64,000 nucleotides of DNA, taken from assembly GCA_951406725.2 (NCBI GenBank), contig OX597821.1, positions 115,692,001 through 115,756,000 on the forward strand, written 5' to 3'. The stretch is from Octopus vulgaris (taxonomy: Eukaryota). Each line of letters opens with the position of its first letter. The stretch's first letter is position 1. The position numbers and the translations under genes were made by a program. Positions 11,399-23,744 of this stretch are shown here, piece by piece. Under the pieces are notes generated by a model. The model saw only the letters and a list, made by a program, of their open reading frames with translations. It had not been told where the DNA came from and searched no databases.

Positions 11399-11694
11399 TC
11401 ACATGTGAAGCTATATCCCCTTCTATTTCGTCAAGGGCTTCGAGTAATATGTCTCTAAATCTCTATCCATTTGCAGGATCTTTAAGTCTCCAGACCCTTC
11501 TCCTCCTTGCTGGTCGTCTTCTGGGCATCCATTTAGCCCTGATCCTGAAGTCACTAACTACCAGTCTATGCTGTGGGGTACATTCCTCGCCTGGGAAGGT
11601 TTTGGCATTTATAAGCAGCCATCTTTCCCTTTTTCTAGTGAGGATGTAGTCAATCTGATTAGTGTGTCTGCCAGAGCGGTAGGTGACCAGGTGA
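11399..11694 (-). pseudogene. RTE AP-endonuclease C-terminal fragment
   Basis: Translation HLVTYRSGRHTNQIDYILTRKRERWLLINAKTFPGEECTPQHRLVVSDF carries the QIDY and QH motifs; one stop downstream. Confidence 0.85.
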
Positions 11695-12112
11695 TGTATA
11701 TAGGCACACCTATAATTTATTTAATCTATTTATTTCTCTAATTATATTTGAAAGGGTTGTAGCAAGAGTATGAACAGATATAACAACCACCACCCTGCCA
11801 TTATGTTATACAAATGCTATATTTTCCCACACTCATATTAATGATAATGATAATATACACAAACATGGTTTAAGCAATGACATTAATAACCCATCTATTA
11901 ATTAATACCTTAAACAAATACACATAGACTAACTCATCTTTAATAATAAAATTAAATAATTGAATTAAAACCCACAAATATGCAGAGTAATAACATTATT
12001 TAGTACTATCCCCAAGACTGAATCATAAATTTGTATGTGCATATATATCTGTATGCATATGTATGTATGTGTATGCTTGTGTATGTGTATGTGTGTATGC
12101 ATACATAAATTT

Positions 12113-12308
12113 ATGCAGCACGGAATTTTGTCAGCGAACATGTCGCGGTCTCAAAGCGCCGAAAATATTTTGGCAAATTAAATTTAAATGTTGAAGTGAA
12201 TCTAACCGTTTTTGTGTATTTATAAACACCTTCGACACTGCAATTGTTTTCGTTCCAGTACACGATCTCAGATCAGGTCACTTGCTATGCAAGTACATCT
12301 CCGTAATA
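12113..12308. repeat. Unclassified interspersed repeat (second copy at ~59915-60050)
   Basis: Shared aaatg.tgaagtgaatct...cacgatctcagatca.gtcact.gctatgcaagtacatctccgtaatata; both copies end in (TA)n. Confidence 0.8.
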
Positions 12309-12334
12309 TATACATATTCTCTTTCTCTTTTTCT

Positions 12335-12725
12335 CTTTTTACTTGTTTCAGTCATTTGACTGCGGCCATGCTGGAGCACCGCCTTTAGTCGACCCCGGGA
12401 CTTATTCTTTGTAAGCCCAGTACTTATTCTATCGGTCTCTTTTGCCGAACCGCTAAGTGACGGGGACGTAAACACACCAGCATCGGTTGTCAAGCAATGC
12501 TAGGGGAACAAACACAGACACACAAACATATTCACACACACTTATATATATATACATATATACGACAGGCTTCTTTCAGTTTCCGTCTACCAAATCCACT
12601 CACAAGGCATTGGTCGGCCCGGGGCTATAGCAGAAGACACTTGTCCAAGATGCCACGTAGTGGGACTGAACCCGGAACCATGTGGTTGGTTAGCAAGCTA
12701 CTTACCAAACAGCCACTCCTGTGCC
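12335..12725 (-). mobile_element. Full-length SINE family A
   Basis: Reverse complement of the family A consensus with the internal (TA/TG)n spacer. Confidence 0.9.
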
Positions 12726-13034
12726 TAGGAATGAAAGTATTAATACATAACCCATATACACAACCAGTTGATTGATTTATCATTAAATCAATTAATTGAT
12801 TGATTCATTACCTAATTAGCTCGTTTTAAGTATATTATTAATTTCAAAAAGTGAATAAAGAGTTATCTCCCTTCAACTATTAAAATAATAAATAATACTA
12901 TGAAAAAATGGTTACGATAAAAATAAAAATGGCGAAATATAAACATTCTACTCTTAGCTGGTACCTTCACTCAAATAAAAGACTAAAATAAAAATTAAAT
13001 AACTAAATAAATAGATAGTCTAAAAATAAATGAT

Positions 13035-13059
13035 GGATCTTTTCAAAAGGAAAAGATCC
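13035..13059. mobile_element. 25-bp Merlin-like mini-element with 8-bp TSD
   Basis: taaatgat-GGATCTTTTC aaaag GAAAAGATCC-taaatgat. Confidence 0.85.
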
Positions 13060-13614
13060 TAAATGATTAGATGATTAATTGAACAACGAGACGGATACAC
13101 GTTTTCCCATTTTTAATAATATACGGTCTCACACATTCATACATTTGTATTAACTTATTTCTAATAAATAATCTAAAAATCACATCCCCTAGTCATATCA
13201 CTATAACCTATTATACTATATTCCCTAACCTATACGCTCATTAACTTTTTATTTCTATTTCTATTATTCTTATTTGAATATAATTTAATCTAATCGAATC
13301 AAGTCTCAATGTCAATTTTTACTCTCACACCTACCTATAGTTAAATAGGAATTATTTGTTTCTATGTTTTCATGCATATAATTTTTATATAGTTTGTTTG
13401 TATTATCTGTTGACCACTAACTAACCATGGCAGCGTTATGGCCTTTCAAATATATTATTAGCTGACCAATTAGATTACGTGAACGACCATAACCCCCTCC
13501 CCATTACCTATAGGGATTCAGCAACTTGTTAACGGGAAAAAAAATAACGGAAGATAATACAGTATCTTGTTAAACTGACCGGAGATTTAAAGCATTTACT
13601 AATTTAGTACCAAC

Positions 13615-13850
13615 GGATCTTTTCCCTTTGAACGGCAGATCGAGAAATTTATTTTTTGTAACTAAACACTTTCAAACTTCGGACATTGGTAGAATGTGTC
13701 GTATAAAACATCTTTTACTCTTAGTGTTGTTGAGAAAAGTTTATATTTTCAAAGTTATTTCGTGTTAAAGTAGTCGTATTTCGGTAATTTCAACCAATCA
13801 ATGACGTGTATTCAGCTGAATAAAATTACTGCCGTTGTTTACGGCGGCGG
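13615..13850 (+). mobile_element. Left end of a Merlin-like non-autonomous element (subfamily 2)
   Basis: Begins ggatcttttccctttgaacggcag; highly similar to 53028-53260 and related to the MITE arms; no right TIR seen. Confidence 0.75.
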
Positions 13851-14513
13851 TGTGATTACAGATGCCACCAGACAGATTGGCACGACAAATTGTATACAAT
13901 ACATTAAGATACAGGAATTTCAGCTTTATCTGAGATATCAGCTATACGTATATTCTTAAAATACTGTTGTCATTTAGAACATTGTTAATATTGTTATTAT
14001 GATATTGCACGAGGAACTTATAACCACCCGACATCTATTTACTCTATTATAATTAGTCAAAAGGGACACCCAAGAATAATGAGATACTTATGTCCCGATA
14101 ATGAGGAATTAAATGAAGTCTCTCTCTCCCTCTCTCACATAAACACACACAAAGTAAACCCTCTGTTTACAATACTAATTGGGAGAGATGGTCTGCCTAT
14201 TAATACGGAAAGTGTGTCACGTTGAGCATTTTGTATAGTTTTTAATATAAAAGATATAGACCATAGCACAATATAAACTCATTAAATTATAAATAAGGAA
14301 TATGTAATTTTTTTTGGTAAATTTTGATCCTTTCACCCGCACGATTTTCACTAAAAAAAACAAAAGAAAAAAACTCGAATTTTTTGCGAGGAATCAAGTA
14401 CCCTGACCTCCTAATATGTTGCAAATCCCTTATTTTTGTTTGGAAAAGGGGTAGTTGGGTGGCGGGAAACCGGACCCCCCCATATCCCGGAATAATTTGA
14501 AATTTTTTTTTCG

Positions 14514-14551
<38 letters not shown>

Positions 14552-14554
14552 CGA

Positions 14555-15766
14555 ATATATCTGTAAAATAATATGTGGCAATTATTCAGTAGCCAAGATA
14601 AAACTCTGAGTTTCGGATGCCGAGGTGGAAATCCACACCACCATCACTTCGGTTATCTGGCCATCTGAAAAACGCTATGAAAAGAGACCGTTATACAAAG
14701 GGAAATTACTGTGTTATAGTCCGCTACTTATACAAAAGCGGAAAGTGCGGTCTATGCGACATGGAAAGATGGCTTATCTGGAAAAGCTGTTTAGACCCTG
14801 CTTCATGTCTAAACTCAAGGACAGAACTTTTCGGATCATGCTCATATGTGACCAAATTTTTGTTACTCTTTTGGTCCCCTCAAGACTACAGATAATTGTT
14901 TCTGTACTCTACCTTCCATCCTGCATTTTTCCTTGTGCCTATATAGACGTGTATATAGATTCATTTGTAGGCGTGTGTGGATATGTATGAGTGGGTGGGT
15001 ATGTATGTATATAGATGTGTGCGTGTGTGCGGGCATAAGAATACACACACATATATATATATATATAGACGTTTTTACTCAGTATTTTTACAATTTTTCC
15101 TGTTTTTTTGGGGGCGTATGTATAATCCTTTTTTTGTGCGTGCGTGTGTATGCGAATATAGACGTGTGCGGGTATGTACATATATGGGCGTGTGTGTGTG
15201 TGTGTGTGCGTGCATAATGGTATGTGTGTATATGAACGTGGTTTACTCTTTGTATACTTCCTTATGTCTTTTTTTCTGTATTGTTACCCTTAACCCTGTC
15301 TTTTCTTGTTCTTGTGCGTATGTAGACGTATGTATGAAATTTTACGGTGCGCGCGTGTGTGTGTATGAGTTTGTATATATATGCATATACATTTGGCGAA
15401 AAATGCGAGTGAAGATATGTACGTTTTCATAGTGATGTATACGTACGCACGTGTGTACGTATGAACAGGCATGCTTACGTGTTTACTATGAACTTTTAAC
15501 CTTATCTTTTTTAGCGGTCATTCGAATTAGCGCTTTTGTATAAGTAGCGGACTATAACACAGTAATTTCCCTTTGTATAAAGGTCTTTTTTCATAGCGTT
15601 TTTCAGATGGCCAGATAACCGAAGAGTGGATTTCCACCTAGGCATCCGAAACTCAGAGTTTTATCTTGGCTACCGAATAATTGTCACATATTATTTTACA
15701 GATAAATTTCCTCTATTTACATAATATTGAGGTCTCTTTCTTTCTTTTGTTATCTTACCGTTTTTA

Positions 15767-15770
<4 letters not shown>
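14555..15770 (+). mobile_element. Penelope-like element 3' end with an inverted terminal repeat
   Basis: ~185-bp inverted repeat (14555-14740 vs 15531-15705); KCGLCDMERWLIW...LNSRTELFGSCSYVTKFLL resembles the Cys-rich C-terminus of Penelope ORFs; flanked by (TA)n on both sides. Confidence 0.75.
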
Positions 15771-15811
<41 letters not shown>

Positions 15812-16048
15812 ATGTTCACTGACAAAGTACTATTTACCTCTTTGCTGTCAAATAAATGGATTAATTCTCAACAAAATACACTTTTTTCCTCGACTAAATA
15901 TTTTCAGCTTTATACCAGCGTTTTAGGGAATCTTTCGCGCCCAAACTAATTTTTGTGAGAGGGGGGTGAGAGAGAGAAAATAAAAGTTGTCTCTCTCCAA
16001 AGAAGCCATTTAAAATAAATATATCTTTGTGCGTGAGGGGAGAGGGAG

Positions 16049-16110
<62 letters not shown>

Positions 16111-16294
16111 TAAAAGTTGCATATTTACCGCTGAACGTTTCCAAATTAAAATTTTTTTCAATGTACGTAGAAAAATACATAAATTAAGAATATGGAAAAA
16201 TCTTTTTTTTAAGCTCAAATTTTATATGAAAGACTCCAAACGGACTGAAACTGTAAATGTCAATATGCTAAAAATAGCAGCCAAATGCCTGGAG

Positions 16295-16628
16295 AATTAT
16301 CTAGCCAAGTACTGATGCAAGTATTTTGACCGTATACCTGGCCTTCACGCCCACTCTTTTATGTCCCTCTACAAACGTTCAGTGTTTTGTGCGTGTATGT
16401 GTGGGTGTGTTTGATCTATAAAATTTTCAGACTGGTTTACTACGTAATGGTGGTAACCCACACTGCTTAGATCATTGTAAGCAGCCCAAGAATCACTGTA
16501 AATAACTGAGCCAGGTTTGATATATTTCTGGATCAAAGGAACCAGTGCCATTTTGTCATGCTTCTTATCAATAAGAGGCACGACAAAACGACGCTCCATT
16601 CCACCAAACAACCAAACTTGGCTCAGGA
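16295..16628 (-). pseudogene. Merlin / IS1595-like DDE transposase fragment
   Basis: VWLFGGMER...LVPLIQKYIKPGSVIYSDSWAAYNDL...HYVVNQSENFID...HAQNTERL*RDIKEW; motifs SDxWxxY, VNHS and HTxxIE of the IS1595/Merlin family; contains stops. Confidence 0.88.
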
Positions 16629-16889
16629 TTCGACCCTCCCGTATTTCCAGCGGACAGTTAAGGACTCGTCAATTTCGACCTCAATTGACTTGCCGCCAAT
16701 GGGTTCTTGTGAGTGAAGCTACTTTTCCGTGACCTCGGAAGAAAAGGATCTCCAGTCCACACTAGTCGTTCGAACGGTGAATTCAGCAACGTTATCTGTG
16801 TTGATAAAGAGCAATAACCCAGAAACCAGTGCACAGCTGTTGTTTTGCACTAGGTGGGAGTGCTGAGCTCCTGTTTGAAAATATAAGGA

Positions 16890-16990
16890 CTCAGCGTGTC
16901 GTATAGCCAGCTAGAAACGATGTTTCTTGGGGCTAAAACAACAGTAGCATCGTCCCTTTCAGGGACAGCCACATTATGTTGACAAAATAG
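16890..16990. repeat. Unclassified interspersed repeat (inverted copy at ~54490-54590)
   Basis: atagccagctagaaacgatgtttcttggggctaaaacaacagtagcatc matches the reverse complement of gatgttactgctgtttaagcctcaggaaagcatcttttccagctggctat. Confidence 0.65.
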
Positions 16991-17041
16991 CATTTTTCTT
17001 TAAAGAACTGTTACTGAATGTCTCTTTTTGAGAGATTTAGA

Positions 17042-17092
<51 letters not shown>

Positions 17093-17102
17093 AAAATAAA
17101 AT

Positions 17103-17107
<5 letters not shown>

Positions 17108-17149
<42 letters not shown>

Positions 17150-17877
17150 TATTAAGCTGAAGTTGTCTGTGTGTGTGGCAGGTTTGGTAGCCTTCAACTC
17201 AACACTATCTCCTCCGAGTCTCTACGGCGCAAGTTGATCAAAATTGAGAGTATGATAGAAGGACTTGCTCTTCCTTCCGTAGAAGAAAAAATTCAAATCG
17301 GACCATGTTAACACCAAAAATTACTTACATAAAAAGGTGCTTTTTTTTCTATGAAAATCCCTATTTTTAACGATCTTTTGACTGCTGTGTCGTCATTTTT
17401 TCGGTGTATTTCAACCAGAAAAATGTTCACTTAAAGAGAATAACAAGCTACATAATGCAAAATTTTTACTTTTCAAAAATTCCAATTCTAAAGGGTCGAA
17501 AAGAATTCTTTTGTGATGTCATTGGTTTTGAGCGAACGACGGATTTTCCTGTACTTTTTCTCAATGAATACTGTTGCAGTGTTCACTTCTTAATAGATTT
17601 TCTGTGCAGTTCGGAACTTGAGCTTCATTTTGCTTTAAATCTACGGGTAATTTTTTTTCTCCATAATGTTAATAGAAGGAATATTAACCAACAATACCAA
17701 CAATTGAAGTCGGCATTACACATTTGCAGCACATTCAGAGCAAACTCGAGCATCGCCACACTATACTTTTATTCACAGATTGAAACTATGTCAAAACTTT
17801 GTTAACGCGACATCAAAGTCTGCCGTTTTAAGCGCAACTAAAAAACAAACCCGAGCAACGCTGGGCTATACTGCTAG
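17108..17877 (+). mobile_element. Non-autonomous Helitron-like element
   Basis: (TA)n-taagctgaagttgtctgtgtg start; 3' GC hairpin cccgagcaacgctggg followed by CTAG|T. The 5' end is obscured by the microsatellite. Confidence 0.6.
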
Positions 17878-17884
17878 TATATAT

Positions 17885-19225
17885 ATATATAGTTGGAATT
17901 TATAGAAAAATAAAAGACGAAGACAGGTGTAAGAACAACAAGTAGGTGTATTAGTTTGACGCCTGGGAAAATGAAAAAGTCTTTTACGTTTCGAGTCTAC
18001 GCTCTTCAACAGAAAGGAATAAGAAAAAATGAACAGAGAGAGAGAATTAAAAAAAAAACAACCTTTAGATTTAGCGGTCAGGTTTGAAAGAAGAGGTTGG
18101 AAGAAAGGGAGATAATAAAGTACTGATGATCCCAAATGAAGGTGCGCGTGCATGGTATGTATGTGAGAATGGTGTGTGTGAATGTGTAAGTGTGTGTGAA
18201 TAGGGGTTTGACGTGTGGGATGTGTGTGCGTCTGTAACGTGTGGCTGTAATGTGTGGTGATGCTATTGAAGATTGTGTGTGGATGTGTGGATGTTAGTAT
18301 ATGGGTATGCGGATGATCATGTGTGATGTAGGTGCTGGGAAGTGGTCAGTGCTAGTGTGTGTGGAGTGGTGTGACTGTGGGGTGATAGTGTTGGGTGGCA
18401 TCAATGAAGAGAGGAGGTGGGAAGGAGTGAAGAGAGGAAGTAGATGTCAGATAAAGTGAGGAAGTAGGTGTCAGATGAAGAGAGGAGAGGAATCAGATGA
18501 AGAGAGGAGGGGAGTTGGGCCCAAGTGGCGCAAAGGAGCGAAGAGAGAAGATTAATTCATGTTCACGGTGAAGGCGGGAGTCCGGATAACCACTGGTAAA
18601 GACAGTCGGAACACAGACAAATGTCGTAGTGAATGAGCGGTAGAGCAGAAGTGGCGCGAGACCGAGGTGTCATTACCGAATCTGATGTCTCGGAGGTGCT
18701 CTGCGAACTGGCTAGCCAAGCGGCGTCCCGTTTGATGGATGTACAAGGGAAGGATAGAAAGAGCAGGATATGCAGTAAATGATGTTACTGGAAGTGCAGG
18801 TAAAGGAGTCGGTGATGTGATAGGGACGATGATGGAAGCCAGTGAGGATAGTGGTGTTGGAGAGGTAGGGGCAAGTACGGCAGCGTGGGCAGGAGCAGAG
18901 GAACGAGCTAGGTTGGCAGTTGGGATCAGGGAAGAAACTGTGAACCAGTAGGTCATGCAGGCCGTGGGCTCGTTTGAAGGAGGGAAGGAGTAGGTTGGGA
19001 AAGGTGTGCGAGGTGAAGGAGTCAGACTGGAGTCGCCGAAAGACTCGGAGAATGGTGTGTTGTAGGAGCAGGGTGGACGGGTTTTAGGTGAAGGGAAACG
19101 GGAGACGGGCAACGACGGGGCGGGTGCGGGGAGAAAGAGCAGAGGCACGGTCCACGGAATGTGCTCTGGCAAGAGCAGGGTAGATAGTGTTGAGGGGATA
19201 TCCATGAAGGATGAAGTGGCGAGCC
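17885..19225 (-). mobile_element. Penelope-like retroelement 3' portion (GIY-YIG endonuclease remnant plus terminal repeat)
   Basis: Frameshifted PCSRSRCRTC...FTCTSSNIIYCISC / LYIHQTGRRLASQFAEHLRDIR...VSRHF; terminal region matches 49245-49390. Confidence 0.88.
17981..18016 (-). ncRNA. Minimal type I hammerhead-ribozyme-like motif (non-canonical core)
   Basis: CUUU-CUGUUGA-A-GAG(CGUAGA)CUC-GAAAC-GUA-AAAG. Confidence 0.5.
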
Positions 19226-19852
19226 ATTCGACAGGCTTCTTTCATTTTTCCCTCTATTAAATCGCCCCAGGGCTATAGTTGAAGACAGTTGCCAAAGGTA
19301 TCACACTGTGGGATTGTATAATGAACAGGGAACGAATATCGTACCCCACAGCTACACCGGCACCTATAATAATTTTCCTAAGAAAACTAGTAGCTAACAT
19401 CTCCACTCCATTGGGATGATGGGTACGGTCAAAATTTGTGGCATTTCGACTCAGACCGCAGAGACAAAACAAAGATATTTAGTCTGACAGCCGACCATTT
19501 TTGTGTGCATATCTTTCTGCATTAAATATTGATCAATTATTATTATTATTATTATTATTTTTTTTTTTTAATGCGAGATAATAACTGAACACAACTCATT
19601 TAGTGTTCGCTCCTTCAGTATTACTAACGTTGGCGCCAATAACATTATGAATGGTGATTCTGCAAAAAAAAACAACAACAAAAAAAACAAAAGAAAATGA
19701 TAAGAGAAGTAATTAGAGAAAAAAATTACGGCTAAAACAGTAACAACGTAGCAACAAGAACAATAATATCATCGTCGTTGTGGACATCGTATTTGTCTTC
19801 GTCGTCGTCGTCGTCTTCCCCCTCCTCCTCCTCACCATACCCTCCTCCTCCA

Positions 19853-19932
<80 letters not shown>

Positions 19933-20488
19933 GGATATCAATAAAAAATAAACATGATATATAATTTCTAATTAGTCAAGTGTTTTTTTTTATTATTATT
20001 CTAACCAGAAATAACTCGAACGATTTTGTCCGAAGATTACGCAAGTGGAGCCTGAATGTCGTTGATTGTTCATTATAATCATAAAACAATAATATAAACC
20101 AATCCACATGAACACTACAGCCAGTTTACTATTGCCATCGGCTAAATGAAACCAATTTCGTCAAAAAGTCAAACGTTTCTATTAAAATATGTAAACCTCT
20201 ATTTAATTTGTTTACTTTCTCGCTACCACAGTCATTTGACTGTGGTCTTGCAAGGGCGCTGTCGCCAACAGTTTAAATCGAAATAACTAAATTTAGTATT
20301 GAACCATGAAGCTCAGTAAGGATTTATTATGATTTCCGTTTCCAGATTCTTCTTACAAGTTATTGGCGAAAGAAATCAAGGCTAAAGTAGAAGACACCTA
20401 AGTACCCATGTAATCGAAAGTTTATTTCTTAAAAAAAGCAACAACAAAAAACGGTTTGTTTATCCAAAGAACTCTACTAAGTCGTTAA

Positions 20489-20519
20489 TCTCTCTATATA
20501 TAAACGGCAAAATGTGTGT

Positions 20520-20566
<47 letters not shown>

Positions 20567-20894
20567 TGTCCTTTATACAAATCCACAATTTTTCAGTTAG
20601 AGGGCTCACACTTTCTATGGTCATTCAAAACCGTCCAAGGGTGGTCGTGCACATCTTTATATTTCCCCAGTCACCCCGCAAACCCATTAAAAAATCAATA
20701 GAAGTGACTTTTTTGTGAATTTTCTATCCAAAACCCAATCAAAATGTCCGAAACTTGATACGCCAATTAAATGCCAGCTAACTGTATGTGTTTGGTCAGA
20801 GATTTGGACAGTACTCGCGTGTATGTGCGCACACACGCAGCTGTATATGCATGCACAAGCACTATGACCCGGCGTTGCCGGGTCATAGTGCTAG
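20489..20894 (+). mobile_element. Non-autonomous Helitron
   Basis: A|TC start (tctctctatatataaacggc), internal (GT)n, perfect 16-bp hairpin at 20858-20892, CTAG|T end. Confidence 0.8.
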
Positions 20895-21165
20895 TCATAT
20901 ATATTCGTGAAATTAACAGAGGTAAAGAGTGACGAGATTGCGTTAAATGACAGGTTATAGATAATTTGATTAATGCGCTTTCGCATTTTATTTTACTAAC
21001 TTCCTGCTCTGTAGATAAAATGAAAATAAAATTTGGATGTCACTTCGTAAGAGAAGGGCAGTTAATTGAAACCTTTTAAAAACACCAAAGTTTTCTGTTT
21101 ACATGTTTAACTTCACTGTCCTTCGTCCTCATGTTTTGTGTTCGGCCCTGGTGGCCAATAAAGAA

Positions 21166-21219
<54 letters not shown>

Positions 21220-21222
21220 TTT

Positions 21223-21268
<46 letters not shown>

Positions 21269-21270
21269 CG

Positions 21271-21665
21271 AAGGTGGTTAGCTGGCAGAAACGTTAGCAC
21301 GCCGGCGAAATGTTTAGCGGTACTTCGTCTTCTACTACGTTGTGAGTTCAAATTCCACCGAGGTCGACTTTGCCTTTCATCCTTTCAGGGTCGATTAAAT
21401 AAGTACCAGTTACGCACTGGGGTCAGTATAATCGACTTAATCCGTTTGTCTGTCCTTGTTTGTCCCCTCCATGTTTAGCCCCTTGTGGGCAGTAAAGAAA
21501 TAGGTATTTCGTCTGCCTCTACGTTCTGAGTTCAAATTCCACAGAGGTCGACTTTGCCTTTCATCATTTCGGGATCGATAAATTAAGTATGAGTTGAGTA
21601 CTTGGATCGATGTGATCGACTATCACCCCCGCCATAAAATCCAGGCCTTGTGCCTATAGTAGAAA
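21271..21665 (+). mobile_element. SINE family B plus a partial second body
   Basis: Full copy 21271-21502, then gtatttcgtctgcc...gagttcaaattcc repeated with an alternative tail. Confidence 0.85.
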
Positions 21666-22079
21666 GGATTATTATTGTTGTTTTTAACTATTGTTGTTGT
21701 GATGATGGTGGTGGCAGTAACACGTCGCTTCGAGTCGTTCGTGTTTTCGTCTGTTTACATGTTCAGAAGTTGTTAATTGTTGAAATTGTATTACATAACG
21801 TTTGTTTAAAACCAAACCAGAAAGCGGTTAGCCGGCTTTTTCGTTTCCCACCCGTATGGAACTCATACTTGTTAGAAAAGTTTGTTTTGAAAAATACAAT
21901 TTCTTACAATCATGTCGGTTTCCACAACGAACAAACTGAAAGGAGAGGTGAGAAGTAACTCACGGAGACAAGTGCAGTAAGCGTCAATGTCATCCCCTTC
22001 ACTCTTCAAAAAGAGCAAAAATTTGAAAATTCAAAGTTCAATTAAGTGCACCGCAGCTATGGCGGAAAACAACAGCGAG

Positions 22080-22460
22080 TGGAGGCGCAATGGCCCAATG
22101 GTTAAGGCAGTGGACTCGCGGTCGGAGGATCGCGGTTTCGATTCCCAGACCGGGCGTTGTGTGTGTTTATTGAGCGAAAACACCTAAAGCTCTACGAGGC
22201 TCCGGTAGGGGGTGGTGGCGGCCCCTGTTGTACTCTTTCGCTCCAACTTTCTCTCACTCTTTCTTGCTGTTTCTTGTCCCCGACTTCCTACCCAACCGCT
22301 GAGCCTGGATGCGCATTCATCCATCTGTCGATGCTCTAGGTGTCGGGGGTTGAGCTGCTTTCTCTTCTGCGGGTCTTACGAATAGCAAAGGACCACGTTT
22401 CGGACTTCTCCCATCTTGCGAGATATGGGACGAAGACCGTTCGCTCAACAGCAACAGCAA
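22080..22460 (+). mobile_element. tRNA-derived SINE family C
   Basis: tggaggcgcaatggcccaatggttaaggcagtggactcgcggtc...ggtttcgattcc head; near-identical inverted copy at 34155-34524; (caacag)n tail. Confidence 0.88.
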
Positions 22461-22699
22461 TAGTAGCAGTAGTAGAAGACGCCACTGAATTTTAGGAAAA
22501 TTGAGCGTTTGCTAGAAAGACCGTTACATAATGTTGCGTGAGTTAAAAACCTCGTCGCCTGGAGACAGTAGAAAGCGGACCCCACGATGTGTGACAAGAT
22601 ATATCTTGAGTATAGCTGTTTGGCCGGCCAATGTCCTATGTAAGACTGAAGCCCGCCCTTGCAATACAACATTCAGTAGTCGCCCGCTGCAGACTTCGC

Positions 22700-23690
22700 T
22701 CTTTTGCCCACTTAGGCGGTAAAGGTAACAATATTGAGGTCTCACAGGAGCTTGAGTTCTGGTGTATATTGCATAATGCTGCGGGAAGCGAAACATTACT
22801 GGATGTGAAGAGAACGAAGCAGGAGAACTAGTTTAGTACCACAACGCTCCTCTGTGCAAAGCCTGAGCATCCAAGAAGACCTTATCTTCCTGTCGAACGG
22901 GGAGGAGTTAAGAGTAATTGTGGAGAGCAGACGACCGAGGTGCCACATCTGTTGACCACCAGATAAAGATAGCATAGTGTTTCCACAATTCAAATTGATC
23001 GGCTACACAGACCACAAAGCTGCATGATCGACCTCAGGTTGCATAAACAGGGACCTGGATATTGGAAACTAAACGCGTTTTCCCCAGCACATACAGTTTA
23101 CGGAGACTATTAGAGAACGGATTGGGCAATCGTCAGCAACCGATTTTGATTAACCCTGAAAATGGCTATTACATTAGAGTAGGTAAGGGTTAGTAAGAAA
23201 TAAGTGACAGAGAATTCTAGAGAAGAAGAAGAGCTAGTTAGCAACACGAATAAGTACTTAGGAAAGGTATTGCGACTGACGTCCTGGCGGTGAGGTTCTT
23301 CAACGTGAATTACGAAGATTGTGTTATCAGAGCTAGGGCGCGAGCTCTAAAGCATTGGAAGAACGGAAGCTGTTCGATGAAACCTGATGGGAGAGGGGCA
23401 ACGTGGCTACAAGGCTTTGACGGATCAGTAGGGACACGTATTACATGATGAAGAAGCAGATATGTGTGGTATTTTAGAGGTATTTCGTTCAACTGTTTGG
23501 GATGGGTGGCGGGATGGCCTTTACTGCTTACTTTGACGATCTGCTGCGACTCTCGGCAAGTGATGTAGAGTTCTGCGAAAAGTCAACAATTTATGAAATA
23601 AGCGAAATGATGACTGATTTCACGAGGGAAAAGTCACCGGGGAATCGATGGCTTCCCTATATTCCTTTATCAGCATTTGCCAGGCGACTG
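22700..23690 (+). mobile_element. Degenerate Tx1/L1-like LINE fragments (ORF1 knuckle region and ORF2 linker)
   Basis: LRVIVESRRPRCHIC; DHKA, GPGYWKLN; KSPG-like motif near 23630; many stops. Confidence 0.65.
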
Positions 23691-23744
23691 ATAGTAGAAC
23701 GTTAGAAACCCTACTTCTGTGAAACGAAGTGCAATGGTTCAATT

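Noticed and set aside
15600-15660. Hammerhead motif in the 14555-15770 Penelope repeat
   Set aside because: GAAAC is present but I could not build a convincing core and stem I, and the two arms differ by an indel there.
18552-19205. 217-aa ORF as an intact gene
   Set aside because: Mostly an off-frame reading of a frameshifted Penelope GIY-YIG region.
22080-22156. tRNA gene
   Set aside because: tRNA-like head continues into a SINE body repeated at 34155 and 63449; no proper acceptor stem seen.
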